Shown piece by piece: positions 25,325 to 34,146 of a stretch of 34,893 bases of DNA (positions are counted from its first letter, which is position 1; each line of letters begins with the position of its first letter). A program made the position numbers and the translations under genes. Below the pieces are notes generated by a model that was not told where the DNA came from, did not search any database, and saw nothing but the letters and a program-made list of their open reading frames with translations. The stretch is taken from the NCBI GenBank assembly GCA_018818185.1, contig JAHISL010000105.1, positions 1 through 34,893 on the forward strand. Direction: 5' to 3'. The stretch comes from Patescibacteria group bacterium. Its GTDB lineage: Bacteria > Patescibacteriota > Microgenomatia > UBA12405.

Positions 25325-25783
25325 TTAAGATTTTTTACCGACAGTAACTTGGGCTGGTCGGAGACATTGCCCGTTTAATAGATAACCCCGCTTTCTAACT
25401 TCAATAACTTTGTCGGCCTTACCCTCAACAACTTGTAAACATTCCATAGTCTCTGGATTAAAGTCTTGATCAGCAGCACTGATTTCTTCAAGGCCTTGTT
25501 TTTTTAAAATAGATTCAAAACGATCAATGGCCATTTTTAAACCGGGATCAGATAGTTGAGTATAGGCAAGATAGAGATCATCGAGAACAGATAACATTTC
25601 AGAAACAAAATTGGCAATTGCCAGAGTAGCAAAAAATTGATGTTGATCTTGCTGTCTTTTTTGAAGATTGGCATAATCGGCCAAAGACCGGGTCAACTTA
25701 TCTTCGAGTTGCTTGATTTGTTCTTCTAATTTTAATATTTCGGGCACAAGATTAGTTTTTTGTTTGTTTTTTGTATTTGGCAT
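25325..25783 (-). CDS. grpE: Nucleotide exchange factor GrpE (short)
   Basis: 152 aa with an N-terminal coiled coil. The C-terminal GYLLNGQCLRPAQVTVGK matches the GrpE beta-domain signature. It sits between hrcA and dnaK. Confidence 0.85.
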   Translation of the reverse strand: MPNTKNKQKTNLVPEILKLEEQIKQLEDKLTRSLADYANLQKRQQDQHQFFATLAIANFVSEMLSVLDDLYLAYTQLSDPGLKMAIDRFESILKKQGLEEISAADQDFNPETMECLQVVEGKADKVIEVRKRGYLLNGQCLRPAQVTVGKKS

Positions 25784-25791
25784 ATTTTTAA

Positions 25792-26532
25792 TTAACGAGT
25801 AATGGTTGAGATTAGTTCGGCAAAGAAATCAACAACGGGAATAACTACTTGATATTCGACGCGGGCGGGACCGATGACACCGACGATACCTCGATGAGGG
25901 CCTGCTTGATAGGTTTGGTAGATGAAACCGCAAGGTTCAAGGTGCTCCATACCTAAATCTTCACCGACAAGTAGATGAATTAACTGAGAGGAGGGTTCTT
26001 CGGTGCTAACCCCGGCCTTACTGATAATGTCGAACCAAAAATTTGGATTGTCTAAAAGTGATAAGACAGTTTTGGTAACATCGATGTTGTAAAACTCTGG
26101 CTCCTCGAGCAAGTTTGAAGCACCATAGCTATAAATAGAACCCTGGTCAGTAGTCGAAATGGCTAAAGATCGAGTTTTTTTGGCAAGTTCTCGAGTAGTT
26201 TCCTTGAGAAGTTTTTCGAATTCGTTTCGATAATCCCATACTTTTTCTTTGACACCAATTTCGTCACTAACGGACATATTTTTGGGAGTCATGAGATTGC
26301 GGACATAGTATTTCAGACCCATAGAGGTCGGACAGCGACCGGCAGAAAGATGGCCTTTTTTAAGGAAGCCAAGTTGAGTTAGGGACGACATCTCGTTTCT
26401 GATGGTGGCGGAAGAAATACCGAGATTATATTTTCGTTCGAGAGTCTCAGAACCGACAGGAGTTGCAGAATCAATAAACTCTTCGGTAATACATTTGAGA
26501 ATCTTAATTTGACGTTGAGTTAAATCAGCCAT
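25792..26532 (-). CDS. hrcA: Heat-inducible transcription repressor HrcA (short, 246 aa)
   Basis: It has LTQRQIKILKCITEEFIDSATPVGSETLERKYNLGISSATIRNEMSSLTQLGFL, the HrcA wHTH. It is first in an hrcA-grpE-dnaK-dnaJ order and is preceded by a CIRCE-like repeat. Confidence 0.85.
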   Translation of the reverse strand: MADLTQRQIKILKCITEEFIDSATPVGSETLERKYNLGISSATIRNEMSSLTQLGFLKKGHLSAGRCPTSMGLKYYVRNLMTPKNMSVSDEIGVKEKVWDYRNEFEKLLKETTRELAKKTRSLAISTTDQGSIYSYGASNLLEEPEFYNIDVTKTVLSLLDNPNFWFDIISKAGVSTEEPSSQLIHLLVGEDLGMEHLEPCGFIYQTYQAGPHRGIVGVIGPARVEYQVVIPVVDFFAELISTITR

Positions 26533-26533
26533 A

Positions 26534-26560
26534 TTAGCAGTATAATAGAACGACTGCTAA
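26534..26560. promoter_or_regulatory. CIRCE-like operator TTAGCAGTC-N9-TACTGCTAA
   Basis: The 27-nt 9+9+9 inverted repeat starts 1 nt upstream of the hrcA ATG. The consensus is TTAGCACTC-N9-GAGTGCTAA. Position 7 of the left arm and position 3 of the right arm are swapped in a compensatory way. Confidence 0.75.
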
Positions 26561-26570
26561 GCAGTGTCAA
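26542..26570 (-). promoter_or_regulatory. hrcA sigma-70-type promoter, TTGACA-17 nt-TATTAT, overlapping CIRCE
   Basis: The reverse strand reads CCTTGACA-CTGCTTAGCAGTCGTTC-TATTAT-ACTGCTAAT-ATG. The -35 box overlaps the rmuC stop codon. The -10 box lies inside CIRCE, 9 nt from the ATG, and there is no SD. Confidence 0.6.
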
Positions 26571-27610
26571 GGAGTAAGTGATGGCGGAGAGTCATTATCT
26601 TCAATGTTGATTTTATCGATGACCTTCTGAAGCTTGTTGTTGCGAGTAAGGCTGACCTTGTTGAACTGATCGTGAAGACTATCGATCTTGGTACCAAATT
26701 TGTTGAACTCTTCGTTAAATTTGTTGAACTCAGCACCAAATATTTTTATTTGAGAAATTATTCCACGGACATTTTTTTGAAATCGAAAATTTTCGTAGGC
26801 CTGTTTGACCATTCTTAGTATTGCAGTAAAAGAAAAGGGGCCAGCAAAAACAATTTTTTTGTTGAAGGCTTCCTCGAGAAGGTTTGGGAATTTCTCGTAA
26901 ATAAAACTAAAAATCATCTCATTGGGAATAAAAACAATCACGAAATCAACCGTATTTTCTTCAGGATTAATATAATTTCTACTGGAGACATCGGCAATTT
27001 TCCTCTTAATATCACCCTCGAAGGCCTTTAAAAATTGGGCTTTTTGATCGGCGTTTTCAGTTTCGCTCATTTTGACAATGTTGGCGTAGGGAAATTTTGC
27101 ATCAATGTTGACTTTGGTTTTGTCGGGAAGATAGAGGGTGAAATCTGGTCGCCCTTCGGCAAATGTTTCCTGTTTACTATAGTCAGTGCCAATAACAAAG
27201 CCTGATTGCTTGAGGAGGTCTTCGGCAACTTTTTCGCCAAAAGCACCGCGCATACGATCACTACTTAGGGTTCTTTTAAGACCTTCGGTAGTGACAGAAA
27301 GTTCTTTGGTAATTTTGGTGCTAGTTTCTATGGCATCCCTAAGACCAGTAAAACTACGGATGCGATCTTTTTCAACAGTGGAAAGCTGATCTTGGACCTG
27401 CTTGATCATCTTTTCAATAGCATCTTTTTTATTGGATAGATCTGTCTGAATTTGAAGATTTTTGTCATTTAGTTTGTCGTTTGATTGTTTGACGAGAGTA
27501 TCGATTGCCTTGGAAAGATCAATTTGATCTGGCTTGTTGGATTTTTGGAGATAGACAAAATAGGCCAGGGTGGCGAGAATTAAAATTAAAAGAAGATAAA
27601 CGAAGGTCAT
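26567..27610 (-). CDS. rmuC: DNA recombination protein RmuC
   Basis: 347 aa with an N-terminal TM helix and a coiled coil. RPDFTLYLPDKTKVNIDAKFP is the RmuC nuclease-like core. A TACAAT box at 27616-27621 lies 5 nt upstream of the ATG. Confidence 0.85.
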   Translation of the reverse strand: MTFVYLLLILILATLAYFVYLQKSNKPDQIDLSKAIDTLVKQSNDKLNDKNLQIQTDLSNKKDAIEKMIKQVQDQLSTVEKDRIRSFTGLRDAIETSTKITKELSVTTEGLKRTLSSDRMRGAFGEKVAEDLLKQSGFVIGTDYSKQETFAEGRPDFTLYLPDKTKVNIDAKFPYANIVKMSETENADQKAQFLKAFEGDIKRKIADVSSRNYINPEENTVDFVIVFIPNEMIFSFIYEKFPNLLEEAFNKKIVFAGPFSFTAILRMVKQAYENFRFQKNVRGIISQIKIFGAEFNKFNEEFNKFGTKIDSLHDQFNKVSLTRNNKLQKVIDKINIEDNDSPPSLTP

Positions 27611-27648
27611 GGTTTATTGTAACCTAAATATAGTTTGGGAATAGAAAA

Positions 27649-27657
27649 TGATATAAT
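27649..27657 (+). promoter_or_regulatory. Consensus extended -10 promoter TGATATAAT, 8 nt upstream of the ATG at 27666
   Basis: The plus strand reads GAAAATGATATAAT-TTGTTACT-ATG. No SD is present. Confidence 0.5.
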
Positions 27658-27665
27658 TTGTTACT

Positions 27666-27863
27666 ATGGCATACAAAACAGAAACAGAATCTGGTGGACC
27701 TATTAGTCCAGAAGCAGAAAAGATTATTGAAAGAGATAAGAGAAGAGATGCGAGAAGGCCTGCAGGAAAAGTAATTTTATTAGATGAGGAAGTATTGGTA
27801 ATGGGTAACAATAATGTAGTAACTGGAGTAAGAGGAAGAAGGATACGAATAAAAAGCTGCTAA
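27666..27863 (+). CDS. Hypothetical 65-aa basic protein
   Basis: The ORF lies directly behind a consensus extended -10 box. Its stop codon abuts the dut stop with zero intergenic nt. No family recognised. Confidence 0.4.
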   Translation: MAYKTETESGGPISPEAEKIIERDKRRDARRPAGKVILLDEEVLVMGNNNVVTGVRGRRIRIKSC

Positions 27864-28292
27864 TTATTTTCCAGTGGTACCAAAACCACCACGAGAAGGA
27901 CTGGTCATGACGTCGACTTCATTAAATTCAAAAGTTTCGCATTTGATTAAAATTAACTGGCAAAGACGAGTCCCCTTGTCGATGTTAACCGTTGAATCTG
28001 TAAAATTACGGACAGCAAAATGATATTCGTCATCGTTGCCACAATAATCCCTGTCAACGATACCCACACCATTGATCCCCTGAATACCAAGCTTGTGAGT
28101 AGAACTTCTTGGAGCAAGGAGAATAAAATAGCCATCAGGTATTTTAATGGCAACATTCATGGGAATATAGGTAATTTCTTTTGGTTTAATTTCAACATCT
28201 ACCCGAGAGCAAAGATCAACTGCAACCGCACCGGCGGTTTTATGGGTAGGCAGAGGTAAGGTTTTATCGAAACGTTTTATTTTTAGTTGCAT
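27864..28292 (-). CDS. dut: dUTP diphosphatase
   Basis: 142 aa. GIVDRDYCGNDDEY and the C-terminal SRGGFGTTGK match dUTPase motifs 3 and 5. Its start overlaps the helicase stop (TAATG). Confidence 0.85.
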   Translation of the reverse strand: MQLKIKRFDKTLPLPTHKTAGAVAVDLCSRVDVEIKPKEITYIPMNVAIKIPDGYFILLAPRSSTHKLGIQGINGVGIVDRDYCGNDDEYHFAVRNFTDSTVNIDKGTRLCQLILIKCETFEFNEVDVMTSPSRGGFGTTGK

Positions 28293-31200
28293 TATTTTTC
28301 AAACAAGTAATGGAGGTGGGATTTGTCGGAACAATTGTCCCCAATTTCAAAAAATTCAAGATTTAGAATTTTTTGATAGACCTCTTTGATCTGAGTTTTA
28401 AGTTTTTCAACATCCTCAGAAGTAATGTCAAAATTTTTTCGAAGAAAAATATTTTTTTGTTTACTCTTCTCAACAAAATCAATGACTCCCCCATCAAACT
28501 TTAATTGAGAGTCATTTTTAATATCCAAGAGAAGTTTATAAAAAACGAGCTGACGAAAATAATCACCGTCTTTGGATAGTTCTTTATATTTACTGTCAGG
28601 ATTGCCGGTTTTAAAATCGTAAACCCTTATTTTTCCATTGGCCTCTTTCTCAATTAAATCTATTTTTCCAGTAAGGGGGATTTGATCAAAGACAATATTG
28701 TCGTTATAAAAATTATATTCTGAAACGCTGCCATCCTTGATTGTGTCAAAGTATTGATCGTGGTAGTCGCCAAGAAGTTGACGGCCTTTTTGAAGGCACC
28801 AATCATGATCGATTTTGGAGAGACGCTCGTCTTTGAGAGCTTTGGTAAAGATGGAAATTGTTTCATCTTTGGATAATTTTTGGCGATAAAGATGAGAGAG
28901 AGCGTGGTGAACGGCTGTGCCAAAACTACTAAATTTTTCCTTGTTTTGGGGAATTCTAAGGATAGTTTTGTAGTAAAAACAGAGAGGGCAGCGGAGGTAA
29001 GAATTAAGATGGCTAACATTGAATTTGTAAGAGTCACGAAGATAGGAGCGCAAATAAGCACCAAGGTCAGAATCTAAGAAATGAGAGCGATTGGCAAACT
29101 GGTAATAAGTTTTTAGAGCGGCTTGTTTGTCTTTGAAATCAATTTTTTCAATGAGATGATCGTCAATTTCTGAAATAAATAGTGATGGGGTCTGGCTTTT
29201 ACCGTTTTCTTTGTATTGGGAAAAGGTTAAATAGATCTGCTTTTTGGCTCGGGTGAGAGCGACGTAAAACAATCTCCGATCTTCTTCGAAATCATCTTCA
29301 ATGTCTTTTGTAATTTCACTCTGAAGAAGACCAAGAGGTAATTTTAGTTTATTAATATCTCGCTGATTTTCCCAGGAATCTTGCAAAAGGTGGTAGATAA
29401 AAACGTGATTAAACTCGAGACCCTTGGCCCCGTGAATAGTAAGAAGCTTGATCGAATCAGAAGAATCATGGGAAACTGATGGAGAAGAAATGGGAAGATT
29501 GTTGTCAAGATATAGATTTACTCTTTTTAAAAAATCGCTGAGGTTCAGGTCTTTTTGATTAACAGTATCTTTGAGAAATTTATAAAAAGTATGAACCTGG
29601 TTTAAAGAATCGATATCGTTTTGAGAAAGAAGATACTTTAAGATGCGAAATCTTTTTAGAAGACGGTTCAATACTTTTTCGAGAGGATAATTTTCTAAAT
29701 CAACTTTGGTTTTGGCAATTCTTTTTCCAAAATTAGAAATAATTTTCTTTGAAGATTCTGAAATTTTTAGACTTTTTATTTTTTTGCTATCGAAAATTAG
29801 GTCAGAGAGGACAAGTTTGCTTTTGAGAACTTTGACTAAATCGATAGGCTTTAATGCCACAAAAGAAGAGGCTAGTAGATGATATAAGGACTCGTCCAAA
29901 TCAGGATCGTTGATAAATTCCAACAATTTAATTAGTTGGATAATAATAGGGCTCTTTAGAATATTGGTATCTGAAGGAAGAAAAAATTTCAAATTAAAGG
30001 CGGATAACATTTTGGATAATTCTTCTGAGTCTTTATTTTTTCGAAAGAGAATGGCGATTTCTTCGGGTTTTTCACCTGATTTAATTAGATCAGAAATTTT
30101 TTGAGCCACAAAATAGTCCTCTTCAATGTTGGAATTTAGAGCAACTAAGTTTATGGGGTCGGGGTCATAATCAACCGAAGAAACAAGACTTTTGTCGACA
30201 TCAGTGATGAGGTTGGCAATGCGATTTTGGTTGTGAGAGATGACGCTTTGGGAAGATTCTAAAATTAATTTATGACTCCGATAGTTGTTTTTTAAGACAA
30301 TCTTTTGAGGATTATATTTCTGGTAAAAATGGTAAATGTTTTCTACGCTGGCTCCCTGAAAGCGGAAAATTGATTGGTCATCGTCACCAACAACAAAAAG
30401 ATTGGGGCGATCATAATAGGAAGCCAATAGTTCGATAAGGTGGTTTTGGGAAGAATTGGTGTCCTGATATTCATCAACAAGAATATATTGATACTTTTCT
30501 TGATAAGTTAGCAAAAGATCAGGATTTTGCTTGAAGGCGTCGAGGACAAAGAGAATCATGTCTTGGTAGTCATAGAGAGATCTTTTCCGTAAGTTTTTCT
30601 GATATGAATTGAAGAGATTAATAAACTCAAGTTGTTTGGGAATATTTTTTTCAAGATCTTGGTGAAGCTTTTTTATTTTAGTCTTAACTTCAGATAAATT
30701 TTCTGATGAGTTTCGAAGGATTTGAAGATGAGCCTTTAGATTGACGGAGAGATTGGGAAGATTTATTAGGGAATCAATTATGTCATTAATCTGAGGATAA
30801 TTATTTTTGGTGGCGCGAAGGGCACTAAGCTCTGTAATAATTTTTTGAGAATTTTTGTAAAAATATTGTTGATCTTCGACAAGTTCAGACAGGGTCTCGG
30901 AGGAGATATTCTCCCTTTTTACTAGATAAAGATTGTTGATGATACTTTTTTGATAAAAATAACGATCGCCCCAAGTGATCAGAGGGGAAGTATTGTCTAA
31001 CTTATCAATAAGATGGCGAACGAGCTCAATAGTTTCCAGATCATCGATTGACTTAAGTTCGGTAGAAAAGGGAAAATATTCTGGTTTCGTGGAGATTATA
31101 TCGTTGCAAAAAGAATGAAAGGTGCAAATTTTTACCTTGTAAGCATCTGAGCCAATAAGAGAGAGGAGACGATTCCTCATGTTGGTGGCGGCAATGTCAG

Positions 31201-31393
31201 TGTAAGTTAGACATAAAATTGAAGTGGGAGAGGTGTCGGTTTTTTTTAAAATATTGGCAATGCGAAGAGCAATTGTCTGGGTTTTGCCAGTACCAGCACC
31301 AGCAATGACCATAACAGGACCTTCAAGAGTGTCAACAGCTTCCTTTTGCTGGGGATTTAATTTCTGGTATTCGGAGTTAAAATTTGGAGCCAC
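28292..31393 (-). CDS. UvrD/PcrA-type superfamily 1 helicase fused to a C-terminal PD-(D/E)XK (RecB/Cas4-like) nuclease
   Basis: 1033 aa with a GTG start. Walker A is AGAGTGKT, followed by VDEYQDT and GDDDQSIF. The C-terminus has YLRCPLCFY, GKIDLIEK...VYDFKTG and QLVFYKLLL (D...D-x-K and QxxxY nuclease motifs). Confidence 0.8.
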   Translation of the reverse strand: MAPNFNSEYQKLNPQQKEAVDTLEGPVMVIAGAGTGKTQTIALRIANILKKTDTSPTSILCLTYTDIAATNMRNRLLSLIGSDAYKVKICTFHSFCNDIISTKPEYFPFSTELKSIDDLETIELVRHLIDKLDNTSPLITWGDRYFYQKSIINNLYLVKRENISSETLSELVEDQQYFYKNSQKIITELSALRATKNNYPQINDIIDSLINLPNLSVNLKAHLQILRNSSENLSEVKTKIKKLHQDLEKNIPKQLEFINLFNSYQKNLRKRSLYDYQDMILFVLDAFKQNPDLLLTYQEKYQYILVDEYQDTNSSQNHLIELLASYYDRPNLFVVGDDDQSIFRFQGASVENIYHFYQKYNPQKIVLKNNYRSHKLILESSQSVISHNQNRIANLITDVDKSLVSSVDYDPDPINLVALNSNIEEDYFVAQKISDLIKSGEKPEEIAILFRKNKDSEELSKMLSAFNLKFFLPSDTNILKSPIIIQLIKLLEFINDPDLDESLYHLLASSFVALKPIDLVKVLKSKLVLSDLIFDSKKIKSLKISESSKKIISNFGKRIAKTKVDLENYPLEKVLNRLLKRFRILKYLLSQNDIDSLNQVHTFYKFLKDTVNQKDLNLSDFLKRVNLYLDNNLPISSPSVSHDSSDSIKLLTIHGAKGLEFNHVFIYHLLQDSWENQRDINKLKLPLGLLQSEITKDIEDDFEEDRRLFYVALTRAKKQIYLTFSQYKENGKSQTPSLFISEIDDHLIEKIDFKDKQAALKTYYQFANRSHFLDSDLGAYLRSYLRDSYKFNVSHLNSYLRCPLCFYYKTILRIPQNKEKFSSFGTAVHHALSHLYRQKLSKDETISIFTKALKDERLSKIDHDWCLQKGRQLLGDYHDQYFDTIKDGSVSEYNFYNDNIVFDQIPLTGKIDLIEKEANGKIRVYDFKTGNPDSKYKELSKDGDYFRQLVFYKLLLDIKNDSQLKFDGGVIDFVEKSKQKNIFLRKNFDITSEDVEKLKTQIKEVYQKILNLEFFEIGDNCSDKSHLHYLFEK

Positions 31394-31395
31394 AA

Positions 31396-32253
31396 CTATA
31401 TTTTATCCAAGAATGACAAAACATGTTGCTGGAAGTCTTCGGGAAGGGCAGAAAAGATGTCGTGATTAGTTTCGGTTTGCCAAAATTCTTTGGGTTCGTT
31501 GGCTAAATTATAAAGTAGCTGAGCGTCTTTATGATTTATATAAGTGTCATTTTGGGCGGAGAAAATAGTTATTGGGACATAAATTTTAGAAATAAGAGCT
31601 TGGGGAGAGGTTTTTGGTGAACTTAGGCCAAATTTGGCAAGAATAGCTACTTTAGTGGGTAAAAAACTCAGGGAATTGTTTTGATTTAGTCTAAATTTAT
31701 AAAGAGATTCAACACTGGCGTAAGGCACGGAGGCAATTATAAAATCTCCCTTACCGGTTTTGGCAACACTGTTGATGGCAGTGGTGGCACCCATAGAAAA
31801 TCCCAAATAACCAATTTTTACGTTTTGGTTTTCGGGAAGAGAAAAAAGATAATCGTAAACAGTTTCCAAGTCTTGCCACTCTTTGGTGCCAAGAAAAATT
31901 TGATCACCGTCACTACTACCAAAAGAACGAAGATCGACGGCTAGAGCGGAGTAACCAGCGTGATTTAGGTATTCAACGTGGCCCATCATTTGGTTTTTTC
32001 CGCCAGGATTACTGTAGCCGTGAACCAAGACAACAACCGCCTTGGGTTTGTTGACAGGAAAATACCAAAAGCCAATCTTTTGGTGGTTGGAGTTTTCTAA
32101 ATATTCAGTTTTGGCGTAGACTGCCTGTCGGGAAGTGGTGGTGGTTTGGGTAGCGTGAATATTTAGCTCTTGATAGAGACTAGACCATGATTTTAGGGAA
32201 AAACCTAGCAATAAGACTAAAAGCGAAAAACAAAGATATGTTAACCACCTCAT
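31396..32253 (-). CDS. Membrane-anchored alpha/beta hydrolase
   Basis: 285 aa with the N-terminal TM helix LTYLCFSLLVLLLGF, the HG oxyanion region VLVHGYS and the nucleophile elbow GFSMGA. Confidence 0.7.
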   Translation of the reverse strand: MRWLTYLCFSLLVLLLGFSLKSWSSLYQELNIHATQTTTTSRQAVYAKTEYLENSNHQKIGFWYFPVNKPKAVVVLVHGYSNPGGKNQMMGHVEYLNHAGYSALAVDLRSFGSSDGDQIFLGTKEWQDLETVYDYLFSLPENQNVKIGYLGFSMGATTAINSVAKTGKGDFIIASVPYASVESLYKFRLNQNNSLSFLPTKVAILAKFGLSSPKTSPQALISKIYVPITIFSAQNDTYINHKDAQLLYNLANEPKEFWQTETNHDIFSALPEDFQQHVLSFLDKI

Positions 32254-32312
32254 TAATATCAGTCTAGCAGAAAATGAGAGATAGGGAACACTTTAACTTT
32301 ATAAAAATAAAG

Positions 32313-32651
32313 TTATTGTCTTCGTCTAATAATCTCACTGAGATTATTAATTTTCCCGGCAATTTCTTGAGCGCTGTCCCTCGAAGCAAAAGGAACTAAT
32401 TCCCCATCTTCAAGAAAAAGACCAACAACGGCTTCAGTGCGAAAATCGCCATTACCTTTGGCACCCCTAACTTGAACCATGATTGGGTCTGATAGTCGAG
32501 AAGGATCTACGCTTCTTAATTCTTTGACAGCCACATCGTCAGTATTATTTGTAGGATTTAAGATGATAAAAAAACCCTGGGGAAGAATGTTTCGGTCCTC
32601 TTGTGGGCGATTATCAGTGTACTTTAGTTGTAGTTCTTTTCCTTTTGCCAT
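32313..32651 (-). CDS. Hypothetical 112-aa protein
   Basis: Clean ORF with a TAAAAT box 8 nt upstream of the ATG. No family recognised. Confidence 0.45.
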   Translation of the reverse strand: MAKGKELQLKYTDNRPQEDRNILPQGFFIILNPTNNTDDVAVKELRSVDPSRLSDPIMVQVRGAKGNGDFRTEAVVGLFLEDGELVPFASRDSAQEIAGKINNLSEIIRRRQ

Positions 32652-32699
32652 AAGGTGGTATTTTACAGCATATTTTAAAAATTGCCAGAAAAAGATTGA

Positions 32700-34145
32700 T
32701 TATTTGAGCAGCTTCTCCAATATCTCTTTGGCCAGCTGGGGATTGGCAGAACCTTTTGAAACTTTCATAAGTTGACCGACTAAAAAGCCGATAGCTAAGG
32801 GGTTTTTTCGATAGTCTTCAACGGCCTTTGAATTGGCCTCGATAACCTCTTTGGCAAACTGCTCTAAAGAAGCGGTGTCGGAAACTTGAATTAGACCTTT
32901 TTCTTTGGCAATTTCGACAGGATCTTTGGCGGTTTCATATGATTCAACAATGACTTGTTTGGCAACAGAAGAAGAGATTTCAGAGTTCTTTACCGCTTTA
33001 AATAAATTGGAAAAATATTCACCAGATAGTTTTGAGATATCAAAAGACTCCTGGGTCTCGTTTAATTTTTGTCTAATGGCACCAGAAAATAAATTGGCGG
33101 TAAATTTGGCAAATTCATTAAATTCCGGTTTTCCAATTAAAGCTTGGACAATGGCGTCAAAGGCGTTGGAGAAAGACAAATCTTCGGCCAGCAAATTGGC
33201 ATCATAATCAGATAGATCATAAGATTTATACTTGGCAATTTTGGCGTCGGGAAGCTCGGGAAGGGTTTTTTTAATTTCTTCAATTTGGTCTTTGGAAAAG
33301 ATAACTGGAGGAATGTCCGGTTCGGGGAAATAGCGGTAGTCAGCACTCCCCTCTTTTTCTCGCTGAAGAAAAGTCTGGTTTTTGTCAGCATCCCAACCAC
33401 GGGTGGTTTTGTTGGTGGAATTTTTTGTGATTTTGTCAGATTGATATTGATCGATTTGACGTTTGATCTCGTAATCAATGGCATTTTCTACACCGGTAAG
33501 AGAGGCAACATTTTTTATCTCGGCGAGGGGGGTATAGTAAACACCGGTTTCGTCCTCAACTTTAATATTGATAGTGGGTTCGCAACGCATGGAACCTTTT
33601 TCAATGTCAGCGTCGGAAATACCGATATAGCGAATGACTTGTTGGATTTTATTTAAATATTTTTTGGCTTCTTGAGCTGATTGAATATCGGGCTCGGAAA
33701 CAATCTCGACAAGAGGGACACCAGAACGATTAAAATCAAGAAGAGTTGAGGCGTCTATATGGATAGATTTTCCCGTGTCTTCCTCCATATGAGCACGATT
33801 TATACGGATTTCATGACCATCGATGTTTAACTTACCGTTAATAGCAAAAGGTTTCTGGAGCTGGGTGATTTGATAACTTTTTGCGAGATCCGGATAGAAA
33901 TAGTTTTTTCTTTCAAAAAATGTTTCTTCGTTGATAGTGCAGTCCAAGGCTAGCCCCAATTTGATACACCACTCACAGGCTTTTTTGTTGGGAACGGGAA
34001 GAGCGCCAGGTAAACCAAGGCAGACGGGGCAAGTGTGGGTATTGGGTTCGACATGAAAATGATTGGCATCACAAGAACAAAACATCTTTGATTTTGTTTT
34101 TAGTTCAACGTGGACTTCGAGTCCGATAATAGGTGTTGTTTTCAT
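32700..34145 (-). CDS. gatB: Asp/Glu-tRNA amidotransferase subunit B
   Basis: The ORF track extends to 34229 but overlaps the upstream gene. The ATG at 34145 gives MKTTPIIGLEVHVELKTKSKMFCSC..., the canonical GatB N-terminus, and a C-terminal YqeY-like tail. Confidence 0.9.
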   Translation of the reverse strand: MKTTPIIGLEVHVELKTKSKMFCSCDANHFHVEPNTHTCPVCLGLPGALPVPNKKACEWCIKLGLALDCTINEETFFERKNYFYPDLAKSYQITQLQKPFAINGKLNIDGHEIRINRAHMEEDTGKSIHIDASTLLDFNRSGVPLVEIVSEPDIQSAQEAKKYLNKIQQVIRYIGISDADIEKGSMRCEPTINIKVEDETGVYYTPLAEIKNVASLTGVENAIDYEIKRQIDQYQSDKITKNSTNKTTRGWDADKNQTFLQREKEGSADYRYFPEPDIPPVIFSKDQIEEIKKTLPELPDAKIAKYKSYDLSDYDANLLAEDLSFSNAFDAIVQALIGKPEFNEFAKFTANLFSGAIRQKLNETQESFDISKLSGEYFSNLFKAVKNSEISSSVAKQVIVESYETAKDPVEIAKEKGLIQVSDTASLEQFAKEVIEANSKAVEDYRKNPLAIGFLVGQLMKVSKGSANPQLAKEILEKLLK

Positions 34146-34146
34146 A

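Noticed and set aside
27666-27863. Possible relationship of the 65-aa ORF (C-terminus ...VVTGVRGRRIRIKSC) to the MTAE family
   Set aside because: Only a vague resemblance to the C-terminal G-x-x-[IL]-[KR] strand. It has no MTAE start and no [DN]GF motif. I keep it as an independent hypothetical ORF.
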